Source: Azolla caroliniana (lineage: Eukaryota > Plantae > Polypodiophyta). From it: DNA of 64,000 nucleotides. The DNA lies in the NCBI GenBank assembly GCA_043228905.1, contig JBHGNT010000010.1, positions 434,001-498,000 on the forward strand, read 5' to 3'. The notes beneath the pieces are model-generated. The model was given only the letters and a program-made list of their open reading frames with translations, was not told the DNA's origin and searched no databases. Both the position numbers and the translations under genes were made by a program. Below, in pieces: positions 37,000 to 50,599 of this stretch (positions are counted from its first letter, which is position 1; each line of letters starts with the position of its first letter).

Positions 37000-39900
37000 A
37001 ATCATGATTTTTTAATTCTATATCATAGCTAGTGTTGTTAGCTTCAATTCGCATGTTTTAACACAAAAATCAGGGATCACACGAGCCAGGTATGAACATT
37101 TGAATTTAGTCACGCGCTCTTCTAAACTCCCTCCTCAAATTTGGTAATTTCTTCATGTCTCTCGACCTGAGTTTTAAAATCTTGATTTTTTAATTCCATA
37201 TCATAGGTAGCGTTGTTAGCTTCGATTCGCAGGTTTGAACACAGAAATCCAGGATCACACGAGCCATGTATGAACATTTTAATTTACTCACGGGCTCTTC
37301 TCAACTCCCTCCTCAAATTTGGTAATTTCTTCATGTCTCTCGACTTGAGTTTCAAAATCTTGATTTTTTCATTCCCTATCTTAGGTAGCGCTATTAGCTT
37401 CGAATCGCAAGTTTGAACACAAAAAACCGAGATCACACGTGCCAGGTATGAACATTTTAATTTACTCACGCGCTCTTCTCAACTCCCTCCTCAAATTTGG
37501 TAATTTGTTCATGTCTCTCGACCTGAGTTTCAAAATCTTGATTTTTTAATTCCATATCTTAGGTAGCGTTGCTAGCTTCTAATCGCAAGTTTGAATACCA
37601 AAAACCGAGATCACACGAGCCAGGTATGAACATTTTAATTTACTCACGCGCTCTTCTCAACTCCCTCCTCGAATTTGGTAGTTTCTTCATGTCTCTCGAC
37701 TTGAGTTTCAAAATCTTGATTTTTTAATTCCATATCATAGGTAGCATTGTTAGTTTCGATTCCCATGTTTGAACACAAAAATCCGATATTACACGAGCCA
37801 GGTATGAACATTTTAATTTATTCACGCGCTCTTCTCAACTCCCTCCTCAAATTTGGTAATTTCTTCATGTCTCTCGACTTGAGTTTCAAAATCTTGATTT
37901 TTTAATTCCATATCATAGGTAGCGTTGTTAGCTTCGAATCGCAAGTTTGAACACAAAAAACCGAGATCACACGAGCCAGGTATGAATATTTTAATTTACT
38001 CACGCTCTCTTCTCAACTCCCTCGTCAAATTTGGTAATTTCTTCATGTCTCTCGACCTGAGTTTCCAAAACTCGATTTTTTAATTCCATATTATAGGTAG
38101 CGTTGTTAGCTTCGATTCGCATCTTTGAACACTAAAATCCTAGATCACATGGGCCAGGTATGAACATTTTAATTTACTCACGGGCTCTTCTCAACTCCCT
38201 CTTCTAACTTGGTAATTTCTTCATGTCTCTCGACCTGAGTTTTAAAATCTTGATTTTTTAATTCCATATCATAGGTAGCGTTGTTAGCTTCGATTCGCAT
38301 GTTTGAACACAGAAATCCGGGATCACACGAACCAGGTATGAACATTTTAATTTAGTCACGTGCTCTTCTCAACTCCCTCCTCGAATTTGGTACTTTCTTC
38401 ATGTCTCGTGACCTGAGTTTCAAAATCATGATTTTTTAATTCTATATCATAGCTAGTGTTGTTAGCTTCAATTCGCATGTTTTAACACAAAAATCAGGGA
38501 TCACACGAGCCAGGTATGAACATTTGAATTTAGTCACGCGCTCTTCTAAACTCCCTCCTAAAATTTGGTAATTTCTTCATGTCTCTCGACCTGAGTTTTA
38601 AAATCTTGATTTTTTAATTCCATATCATAGGTAGCGTTGTTAGCTTCGATTCGCAGGTTTGAACACAGAAATCCAGGATCACACGAGCCATGTATGAACA
38701 TTTTAATTTACTCACGGGCTCTTCTCAACTCCCTCCTCAAATTTGTTAATTTCTTCATGTCTCTCGACTTGAGTTTCAAAATCTTGATTTTTTCATTCCC
38801 TATCTTAGGTAGCGCTGTTAGCTTCGAATCGCAAGTTTGAACACAAAAAACCGAGATCACACGAGCCAGGTATGAACATTTTAATTTACTCACGCGCTCT
38901 TCTCAACTCCCTCGTCAAATTTGGTAATTTGTTCATGTCTCTCGACCTGAGTTTCAAAATCTTGATTTTTTAATTCCATATCTTAGGTAGCGTTGCTAGC
39001 TTCTAATCGCAAGTTTGAACACCAAAAACCGAGATCACACGAGCCAGGTATGAACATTTTAATTTACTCACGCGCTCTTCTCAACTCCCTCCTCGAATTT
39101 GGTAGTTTCTTCATGTCTCTCGACTTGAGTTTCAAAATCTTGATTTTTTAATTCCATATCATAGCTAGTGTTGTTAGCTTCAATTCGCATGTTTTAACAC
39201 AAAAATCAGGGATCACACGAGCCAGGTATGAACATTTGAATTTAGTCACGCGCTCTTCTAAACTCCCTCCTCAAATTTGGTAATTTCTTCATGTCTCTCG
39301 ACCTGAGTTTTAAAATCTTGATTTTTTAATTCCATATCATAGGTAGCGTTGTTAGCTTCGATTCGCAGGTTTGAACACAGAAATCCAGGATCACACGAGC
39401 CATGTATGAACATTTTAATTTACTCACGGGCTCTTCTCAACTCCCTCCTCAAATTTGGTAATTTCTTCATGTCTCTCGACCTGAGTTTCAAAATCTTGAT
39501 TTTTTAATTCCATATCATAGGTAGCGTTGTTAGCTTCGATTCGCATGTTTGAACACAGAAATCCGGGATCACACGAGCCCGGTATGAACATTGTAATTTA
39601 GTCACGCGCTCTTCTCAACTCCCTCCTCGAATTTGGTACTTTCTTCATGTCTCGTGACCTGAGTTTCAAAATCATGATTTTTTAATTCTATATCATAGCT
39701 AGTGTTGTTAGCTTCAATTCGCATGTTTTAACACAAAAATCAGGGATCACACGAGCCAGGTATGAACATTTGAATTTAGTCACGCGCTCTTCTAAACTCC
39801 CTCCTCAAATTTGGTAATTTCTTCATGTCTCTCGACCTGAGTTTTAAAATCTTGATTTTTTAATTCCATATCATAGGTAGCGTTGTTAGCTTCGATTCGC

Positions 39901-40900
39901 AGGTTTGAACACAGAAATCCAGGATCACACGAGCCATGTATGAACATTTTAATTTACTCACGGGCTCTTCTCAACTCCCTCCTCAAATTTGGTAATTTCT
40001 TCATGTCTCTCGACTTGAGTTTCAAAATCTTGATTTTTTCATTCCCTATCTTAGGTAGCGCTATTAGCTTCGAATCGCAAGTTTGAACACAAAAAACCGA
40101 GATCACACGTGCCAGGTATGAACATTTTAATTTACTCACGCGCTCTTCTCAACTCCCTCCTCAAATTTGGTAATTTGTTCATGTCTCTCGACCTGAGTTT
40201 CAAAATCTTGATTTTTTAATTCCATATCTTAGGTAGCGTTGCTAGCTTCTAATCGCAAGTTTGAATACCAAAAACCGAGATCACACGAGCCAGGTATGAA
40301 CATTTTAATTTACTCACGCGCTCTTCTCAACTCCCTCCTCGAATTTGGTAGTTTCTTCATGTCTCTCGACTTGAGTTTCAAAATCTTGATTTTTTAATTC
40401 CATATCATAGGTAGCGTTGTTAGTTTCGATTCCCATGTTTGAACACAAAAATCCGATATTACACGAGCCAGGTATGAACATTTTAATTTATTCACGCGCT
40501 CTTCTCAACTCCCTCCTCAAATTTGGTAATTTCTTCATGTCTCTCGACTTGAGTTTCAAAATCTTGATTTTTTAATTCCATATCATAGGTAGCGTTGTTA
40601 GCTTCGAATCGCAAGTTTGAACATAAAAAACCGAGATCACACGAGCCAGGTATGAACATTTTAATTTACTCACGCGCTCTTTTCAACTCCCTCGTCAAAT
40701 TTGGTAATTTCTTCATGTCTCTCGACCTGAGTTTCAAAATCTCGATTTTTTAATTCCATATTATAGGTAGCGTTGTTAGCTTCGATTCGCATCTTTGAAC
40801 ACTAAAATCCTAGATCACATGGGCCAGGTATGAACATTTTAATTTACTCACGGGCTCTTCTCAACTCCCTCTTCTAACTTGGTAATTTCTTCATGTCTCT
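37000..40900 (+). repeat. Block repeated at a 15-monomer (2670 bp) offset; ends approximate
   Basis: CGCTATTAGC/CACACGTGCC/GAATACCA marker set at ~37389 and ~40059; identical pseudo-ORFs at 37213 and 39883. Confidence 0.8.
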
Positions 40901-41299
40901 CGACCTGAGTTTCGAAATCTTGATTTTTTCATTCCCTATCTTAGGTAGCGCTGTTAGCTTCGAATCGCAAGTTTGAACACAAAAAACCGAGATCACACGA
41001 GCCAGGTATGAACATTTTAATTTACTCACGCGCTCTTCTCAACTCCCTCCTCAAATTTGGTAATTTGTTCATGTCTTTCGACCTGAGTTTCAAAATCTTG
41101 ATTTTTTAATTCCATATCTTAGGTAGCGTTGCTAGCTTCTAATCGCAAGTTTGAACACCAAAAACCGAGATCACACGAGCCAGGTATGAACATTTTAATT
41201 TACTCACGCGATCTTCTCAACTCCCTCCTCGAATTTGGTAGTTTCTTCATGTCTCTCGACTTGAGTTTCAAAATCTTGATTTTTTAATTCCATATCATA

Positions 41300-44200
41300 G
41301 GTAGCGTTGTTAGTTTCGATTCCCATGTTTGAACACAAAAATCCGATATTACACGAGCCAGGTATGAACATTTTAATTTACTCACGCGCTCTTCTCAACT
41401 CCCTCCTCAAATTTGGTAATTTCTTCATGTCTCTCGACTTGCGTTTCAAAATCTTTATTTTTTAATTCCATATCATAGGTAGCGTTGTTACCTTCGAATC
41501 GCATGTTTGAACACAAAAAACCGAGATCACACGAGCCAGGTATGAACATTTTAATTTACTCACGCGCTCTTCTCAACTCCCTCGTCAAATTTGGTAATTT
41601 CTTCATGTCTCTCGACCTGAGTTTCAAAATCTCGATTTTTTAATTCCATATTATAGGTAGCGTTGTTAGCTTCGATTCGCATCTTTGAACACTAAAATCC
41701 TAGATCACATGGGCCAGGTATGACCATTTTAATTTACTCAGGGGCTCTTCTCAACTCCCTCTTCTAACTTGGTAATTTCTTCATGTCTCTCGACCTGAGT
41801 TTCGAAATCTTGATTTTTTAATTCCATATCATAGCTAGTGTTGTTAGCTTCCATTCGCATGTTTAAACACTAAAATCCGGGATCACACGAGCCAGGTATG
41901 AACATTTTAATTTAATCACGCGCTCTTCTCACCTCCCTCGTCAAATTTGGTAATTTCTTCATGTCTCTCGACCTGAGTTTCAAACTCTTAATTTTTTAAT
42001 TCTATATCATAGCTAGTTTTGTTAGCTTCGATTCGCATCTTTGAACACAAAAATCTGGTATCACACGAGGCAGGTATGAAAATTTTAAATTAGTCACGGG
42101 CTCTTCTCAACTCCCTCCCCAAATTTGGTAATTTCTTCATGTCTCTCGACCTGAGTTTCAAAATCTTGATTTTTTAATTCCATATCATAGCTAGTGTTGT
42201 TAGCTTCGATTCAAATGTTTGAACACAGAAATCCGGGATCACACGAGCCAGGTATGAACATTTTAATTTAGTCACGCGCTCTTCTCAACTCCCTCCTCGA
42301 ATTTGGTAGTTTCTTCATGTCTCTCGACTTGAGTTTCAAAATCTTGATTTTTTAATTCCATATCATAGGTAGCGTTGTTAGTTTCGATTCCCATGTTTGA
42401 ACACAAAAATCCAATATTACACGAGCCAGGTATGAACATTTTAATTTACTCACGCGCTCTTCTCAACTCCCTCCTCAAATTTGGTAATTTCTTCATGTCT
42501 CTCGACTTGAGTTTCAAAATCTTGATTTTTTAATTCCATATCATAGGTAGCGTTGTTAGCTTCGAATCGCAAGTTTGAACACAAAAAACCGAGATCACAC
42601 GAGCCAGGTATGAACATTTTAATTTACTCACGCGCTCTTCTCAACTCCCTCGTCAAATTTGGTAATTTCTTCATGTCTCTCGACCTGAGTTTCAAAATCT
42701 CGATTTTTGAATTCCATATTATAGGTAGCGTTGTTAGCTTCGATTCGCATCTTTGAACACTAAAATCCTAGATCACATGGGCCAGGTATGAACATTTTAA
42801 TTTACTCACGGGCTCTTGTCAACTCCCTCTTCTAACTTGGTAATTTCTTCATGTCTCTCGACCTGAGTTTCGAAATCTTGATTTTTTCATTCCCTATCTT
42901 AGGTAGCGCTGTTAGCTTCGAATCGCAAGTTTGAACACAAAAAAACCGAGATCACACGAGGCAGGTATGAACATTTTAATTTACTCACGCGCTCTTCTCA
43001 ACTCTCTCCTCAAATTTGGTAATTTGTTCATGTCTCTCGACCTGAGTTTCAAAATCTTGATTTTTTAATTCCATATCTTAGGTAGCGTTGCTAGCATCTA
43101 ATCGCAAGTTTGAACACCAAAAACCGAGATCACACGAGCCAGGTATGAACATTTTAATTTAGTCACGCGCTCTTCTCAACTCCCTCCTTGAATTTGGTAA
43201 TTTGTTCATGTCTTTCGACCTGAGTTTCAAAATCTTGATTTTTTAATTCCATATCATAGGTAGCGTTGTTAGTTTCGATTCCCATGTTTGAACACAAAAA
43301 TCCGATATTACACGAGCCAGGTATGAACATTTTAATTTAGTCACGCGCTCTTCTCAACTCCCTCCTCAAATTTGGTAATTTCTTCATGTCTCTCGACTTG
43401 AGTTTCAAAATCTTGATTTTTTAATTCCATATCATAGGTAGCGTTGTTAGCTTCGAATCGCAAGTTTGAACACAAAAATCCGATATTACACGAGCCAGGT
43501 ATGAACATTTTAATTTACTCACGCGCTCTTCTCAACTCCCTCCTCAAATTTGGTAATTTGTTCATGTCTCTCGACCTGAGTTTCAAAATCTTGATTTTTT
43601 AATTCCATATCATAGGTAGCGTTGTTAGTTTCGATTCCCATGTTTGAACACAAAAATCCGATATTACACGAGCCAGGTATGAACATTTTAATTTACTCAC
43701 GCGCTCTTCTCAACTCCCTCCTCAAATTTTGTAATTTCTTCATGTCTCTCGACTTGTGTTTCAAAATCTTGATTTTTTAATTCCATATCATAGGTAGCGT
43801 TGTTACCTTCGAATCGCATGTTTGAACACAAAAAACCGAGATCACACGAGCCAGGTATGAACATTTTAATTTACTCACGCGCTCTTCTCAACTCCCTCGT
43901 CAAATTTGGTAATTTCTTCATGTCTCTCGACCTGAATTTCAAAATCTCGATTTTTTAATTCCATATTATAGGTAGCGTTGTTAGCTTCGATTCGCATCTT
44001 TGAACACTAAAATCCTAGATCACATGGGCCAGGTATGACCATTTTAATTTACTGAGGGGCTCTTCTCAACTCCCTCTTCTAACTTGGTAATTTCTTCATG
44101 TCTCTCGACCTGAGTTTCGAAATCTTGATTTTTTAATTCCATATCATAGCTAGTGTTGTTAGCTTCCATTCGCATGTTTAAACACTAAAATCCGGGATCA

Positions 44201-47200
44201 CACGAGCCAGGTATGAACATTTTAATTTAATCACGCGCTCTTCTCACCTCCCTCGTCAAATTTGGTAATTTCTTCATGTCTCTCGACCTGAGTTTCAAAC
44301 TCTTGATTTTTTAATTCTATATCATAGCTAGTTTTGTTAGCTTCGATTCGCATCTTTGAACACAAAAATCTGGTATCACACGAGGCAGGTATGAAAATTT
44401 TAAATTAGTCACGGGCTCTTCTCAACTCCCTCCTCAAATTTGGTAATTTCTTCATGTCTCTCGACCTGAGTTTCAAAATCTTGATTTTTTAATTCCATAT
44501 CATAGCTAGTGTTGTTAGCTTCGATTCGAATGTTTGAACACAGAAATCCGGGATCACACGAGCCAGGTATGAACATTTTAATTTAGTCACGCGCTCTTCT
44601 CAACTCCCTCCTCGAATTTGGTAGTTTCTTCATGTCTCTCGACTTGAGTTTCAAAATCTTGATTTTTTAATTCCATATCATAGGTAGCGTTGTTAGTTTC
44701 GATTCCCATGTTTGAACACAAAAATCCAATATTACACGAGCCAGGTATGAACATTTTAATTTAGTCACGCGCTCTTCTCAACTCCCTCCTCAAATTTGGT
44801 AATTTCTTCATGTCTCTCGACTTGAGTTTCAAAATCTTGATTTTTTAATTCCATATCATAGGTAGCGTTGTTAGCTTCGAATCGCAAGTTTGAACACAAA
44901 AAACCGAGATCACACGAGCCAGGTATGAACATTTTAATTTACTCACGCGCTCTTCTCAACTCCCTCGTCAAATTTGGTAATTTCTTCATGTCTCTCGACC
45001 TGAGTTTCAAAATCTCGATTTTTGAATTCCATATTATAGGTAGCGTTGTTAGCTTCGATTCGCATCTTTGAACACTAAAATCCTAGATCACATGGGCCAG
45101 GTATGAACATTTTAATTTACTCACGGGCTCTTGTCAACTCCCTCTTCTAACTTGGTAATTTCTTCATGTCTCTCGACCTGAGTTTCGAAATCTTGATTTT
45201 TTCATTCCCTATCTTAGGTAGCGCTGTTAGCTTCGAATCGCAAGTTTGAACACAAAAAACCGAGATCACACGAGGCAGGTATGAACATTTTAATTTACTC
45301 ACGCGCTCTTCTCAACTCTCTCCTCAAATTTGGTAATCTGTTCATGTCTCTCGACCTGAGTTTCAAAATCTTGATTTTTTAATTCCATATCTTAGGTAGC
45401 GTTGCTAGCATCTAATCGCAAGTTTGAACACCAAAAACCGAGATCACACGAGCCAGGTATGAACATTTTAATTTACTCACGCGCTCTTCTCAACTCCCTC
45501 CTTGAATTTGGTAATTTGTTCATGTCTTTCGACCTGAGTTTCAAAATCTTGATTTTTTAATTCCATATCATAGGTAGCGTTGTTAGTTTCGATTCCCATG
45601 TTTGAACACAAAAATCCGATATTACACGAGCCAGGTATGAACATTTTAATTTAGTCACGCGCTCTTCTCAACTCCCTCCTCAAATTTGGTAATTTCTTCA
45701 TGTCTCTCGACTTGAGTTTCAAAATCTTGATTTTTTAATTCCATATCATAGGTAGCGTTGTTAGCTTCGAATCGCAAGTTTGAACACAAAAATCCGATAT
45801 TACACGAGCCAGGTATCAACATTTTAATTTACTCACGCGCTCTTCTCAACTCCCTCCTCAAATTTGGTAATTTGTTCATGTCTCTCGACCTGAGTTTCAA
45901 AATCTTGATTTTTTAATTCCATATCATAGGTAGCGTTGTTAGTTTCGATTCCCATGTTTGAACACAAAAATCCGATATTACACGAGCCAGGTATGAACAT
46001 TTTAATTTACTCACGCGCTCTTCTCAACTCCCTCCTCAAATTTTGTAATTTCTTCATGTCTCTCGACTTGTGTTTCAAAATCTTGATTTTTTAATTCCAT
46101 ATCATAGGTAGCGTTGTTACCTTCGAATCGCATGTTTGAACACAAAAAACCGAGATCACACGAGCCAGGTATGAACATTTTAATTTACTCACGCGCTCTT
46201 CTCAACTCCCTCGTCAAATTTGGTAATTTCTTCATGTCTCTCGACCTGAATTTCAAAATCTCGATTTTTTAATTCCATATTATAGGTAGCGTTGTTAGCT
46301 TCGATTCGCATCTTTGAACACTAAAATCCTAGATCACATGGGCCAGGTATGACCATTTTAATTTACTGAGGGGCTCTTCTCAACTCCCTCTTCTAACTTG
46401 GTAATTTCTTCATGTCTCTCGACCTGAGTTTCGAAATCTTGATTTTTTAATTCCATATCATAGCTAGTGTTGTTAGCTTCCATTCGCATGTTTAAACACT
46501 AAAATCCGGGATCACACGAGCCAGGTATGAACATTTTAATTTAATCACGCGCTCTTCTCACCTCCCTCGTCAAATTTGGTAATTTCTTCATGTCTCTCGA
46601 CCTGAGTTTCAAACTCTTGATTTTTTAATTCTATATCATAGCTAGTTTTGTTAGCTTCGATTCGCATCTTTGAACACAAAAATCTGGTATCACACGAGGC
46701 AGGTATGAAAATTTTAAATTAGTCACGGGCTCTTCTCAACTCCCTCCTCAAATTTGGTAATTTCTTCATGTCTCTCGACCTGAGTTTCAAAATCTTGATT
46801 TTTTAATTCCATATCATAGCTAGTGTTGTTAGCTTCGATTCGAATGTTTGAACACAGAAATCCGGGATCACACGAGCCAGGTATAAACATTTTAATTTAG
46901 TCACGCGCTCTTCTCAACTCCCTCCTCGAATTTGGTAGTTTCTTCATGTCTCTCGACTTGAGTTTCAAAATCTTGATTTTTTAATTCCATATCATAGGTA
47001 GCGTTGTTAGTTTCGATTCCCATGTTTGAACACAAAAATCCAATATTACACGAGCCAGGTATGAACATTTTAATTTAGTCACGCGCTCTTCTCAACTCCC
47101 TCCTCAAATTTGGTAATTTCTTCATGTCTCTCGACTTGAGTTTCAAAATCTTGATTTTTTAATTCCATATCATAGGTAGCGTTGTTAGCTTCGAATCGCA

Positions 47201-48800
47201 AGTTTGAACACAAAAAACCGAGATCACACGAGCCAGGTATGAACATTTTAATTTACTCACGCGCTCTTCTCAACTCCCTCGTCAAATTTGGTAATTTCTT
47301 CATGTCTCTCGACCTGAGTTTCAAAATCTCGATTTTTGAATTCCATATTATAGGTAGCGTTGTTAGCTTCGATTCGCATCTTTGAACACTAAAATCCTAG
47401 ATCACATGGGCCAGGTATGAACATTTTAATTTACTCACGGGCTCTTGTCAACTCCCTCTTCTAACTTGGTAATTTCTTCATGTCTCTCGACCTGAGTTTC
47501 GAAATCTTGATTTTTTCATTCCCTATCTTAGGTAGCGCTGTTAGCTTCGAATCGCAAGTTTGAACACAAAAAACCGAGATCACACGAGGCAGGTATGAAC
47601 ATTTTAATTTACTCACGCGCTCTTCTCAACTCTCTCCTCAAATTTGGTAATCTGTTCATGTCTCTCGACCTGAGTTTCAAAATCTTGATTTTTTAATTCC
47701 ATATCTTAGGTAGCGTTGCTAGCATCTAATCGCAAGTTTGAACACCAAAAACCGAGATCACACGAGCCAGGTATGAACATTTTAATTTACTCACGCGCTC
47801 TTCTCAACTCCCTCCTTGAATTTGGTAATTTGTTCATGTCTTTCGACCTGAGTTTCAAAATCTTGATTTTTTAATTCCATATCATAGGTAGCGTTGTTAG
47901 TTTCGATTCCCATGTTTGAACACAAAAATCCGATATTACACGAGCCAGGTATGAACATTTTAATTTAGTCACGCGCTCTTCTCAACTCCCTCCTCAAATT
48001 TGGTAATTTCTTCATGTCTCTCGACTTGAGTTTCAAAATCTTGATTTTTTAATTCCATATCATAGGTAGCGTTGTTAGCTTCGAATCGCAAGTTTGAACA
48101 CAAAAATCCGATATTACACGAGCCAGGTATCAACATTTTAATTTACTCACGCGCTCTTCTCAACTCCCTCCTCAAATTTGGTAATTTGTTCATGTCTCTC
48201 GACCTGAGTTTCAAAATCTTGATTTTTTAATTCCATATCATAGGTAGCGTTGTTAGTTTCGATTCCCATGTTTGAACAAAAAAATCCGATATTACACGAG
48301 CCAGGTATGAACATTTTAATTTACTCACGCGCTCTTCTCAACTCCCTCCTCAAATTTTGTAATTTCTTCATGTCTCTCGACTTGTGTTTCAAAATCTTGA
48401 TTTTTTAATTCCATATCATAGGTAGCGTTGTTAGCTTCGAATCGCAAGTTTGAACACAAAAAACCGAGATCACACGAGCCAGGTATGAACATTTTAATTT
48501 ACTCACGCGCTCTTCTCAACTCCCTCGTCAAATTTGGTAATTTCTTCATGTCTCTCGACCTGAGTTTCAAAATCTCGATTTTTGAATTCCATATTATAGG
48601 TAGCGTTGTTAGCTTCGATTCGCATCTTTGAACACTAAAATCCTAGATCACATGGGCCAGGTATGAACATTTTAATTTACTCACGGGCTCTTGTCAACTC
48701 CCTCTTCTAACTTGGTAATTTCTTCATGTCTCTCGACCTGAGTTTCGAAATCTTGATTTTTTCATTCCCTATCTTAGGTAGCGCTGTTAGCTTCGAATCG
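41300..48800 (+). repeat. 13-monomer (2314 bp) higher-order repeat, ~3 near-identical copies, followed by a 7-monomer truncated unit
   Basis: TACCTTCGAA at 41489, 43804 and 46118; identical pseudo-ORFs at 42553, 44868, 47182 and 48428 (offsets 2315, 2314, 1246). Confidence 0.92.
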
Positions 48801-50599
48801 CAAGTTTGAACACCAAAAACGGAGATCACACGAGCCAGGTATGAACATTTTAATTTACTCACGCGCTCTTCTCAACTCCCTCCTCGAATTTGGTAATTTG
48901 TTCATGTCTTTCGACCTGAGTTTCAAAATCTTGATTTTTTAATTCCATATCATAGGTAGCGTTGTTAGTTTCGATTCCCATGTTTGAACACAAAAATCCA
49001 ATATTACACAAGCCAGGTATGAACATTTTAATTTACTCACGCGCTCTTCTCAACTCCCTCTTCTAACTTGGTAATTTCTTCATGTCTCTCGACCTGAGTT
49101 TCGAAATCTTGATTTTTTCATTCCCTATCTTAGGTAGCGCTGTTAGCTTCGAATCGCAAGTTTGAACACAAAAAACCGAGATCACACGAGCCAGGTATGA
49201 ACATTTTAATTTACTCACGCGCTCTTCTCAACTCCCTCCTCAAATTTGGTAATTTGTTCATGTCTCTCGACCTGAGTTTCAAAATCTTGATTTTTTAATT
49301 CCATATCTTAGGTAGCGTTGCTAGGTTCTAATCGCAAGTTTGAACACCAAAAACCGAGATCACACGAGCCAGGTATGAACATTTTAATTTACTCACGCGC
49401 TCTTCTCAACTCCCTCCTCGAATTTGGTAATTTGTTCATGTCTTTCGACCTGAGTTTCAAAATCTTAATTTTTTAATTCCATATCATAGGTAGCGTTGTT
49501 ACTTTCGATTCCCATGTTTGAACACAAAAATCCGATATTACACGAGCCAGGTATGAACATTTTAATTTACTCACGCGCTCTTCTCAACTCCCTCCTCAAA
49601 TTTGGTAATTTCTTCATGTCTCTCGACTTGAGTTTCAAAATCTTGATTTTTTAATTCCATATCATAGGTAGCGATGTTAGCTTCGAATCGCAAGTTTGAA
49701 CAAAAAAAACCGAGATCACACGAGCCAGGTATGAACATTTTAATTTACTCACGCGCTCTTCTCAACTCCCTCGTCAAATTTGGTAATTTCTTCATGTCTC
49801 TTGACCTGAGTTTCAAAATCTCGATTTTTTAATTCCATATTATAGGTAGTGTTGTTAGCTTCCATTCGCATGTTTAAACACTAAAATCCGGGATCACACG
49901 AGCCAGGTATGAACATTTTAATTTAATCACGCACTCTTCTCAACTCCCTCATCAAATTTGGTAATTTCTTCATGTCTCTCGACCTGAGTTTCAAACTCTT
50001 GATTTTTTAATTCTATATCATAGCTAGTGTTGTTAGCTTCGATTCGCATCTTTGAACACAAAAATCTGGTATCACACGAGCCAGGTATGAAAATTTTAAA
50101 TTAGTCACGGGCTCTTCTCAACTCCCTCCTCAAATTTGGTAATTTCTTCATGTCTCTCGACCTGAGTTTCAAAATCTTGATTTTTTAATTCCATATCATA
50201 GCTAGTGTTGTTAGCTTCGATTCGAATGTTTGAACACAGAAATCCGGGATCACACGAGCCAGGTATGAACATTTTAATTTAGTCACGCGCTCTTCTCAAC
50301 TCCCTCCTCGAATTTGGTAATTTCTTCATGTCTCCTGACCTGAGTTTCAAAATCTTGATTTTTTAATTCCATATCATAGCTAGTGTTGTTAGCTTCGATT
50401 CGCATGTTTAAACACTAAAATCAGGGATCACACGAGCCAGGTATGAACATTTGAATTTAGTCACGCGCTCTTCTAAACTCCCTCCTCAAATTTGGTAATT
50501 TCTTTATGTCTCTCGACCTGAGTTTTAAAATCTTAATTTTTTAATTCCATATCATAGGTAGCATTGTTAGCTTCGATTCGCATGTTGAACACAGAAATC

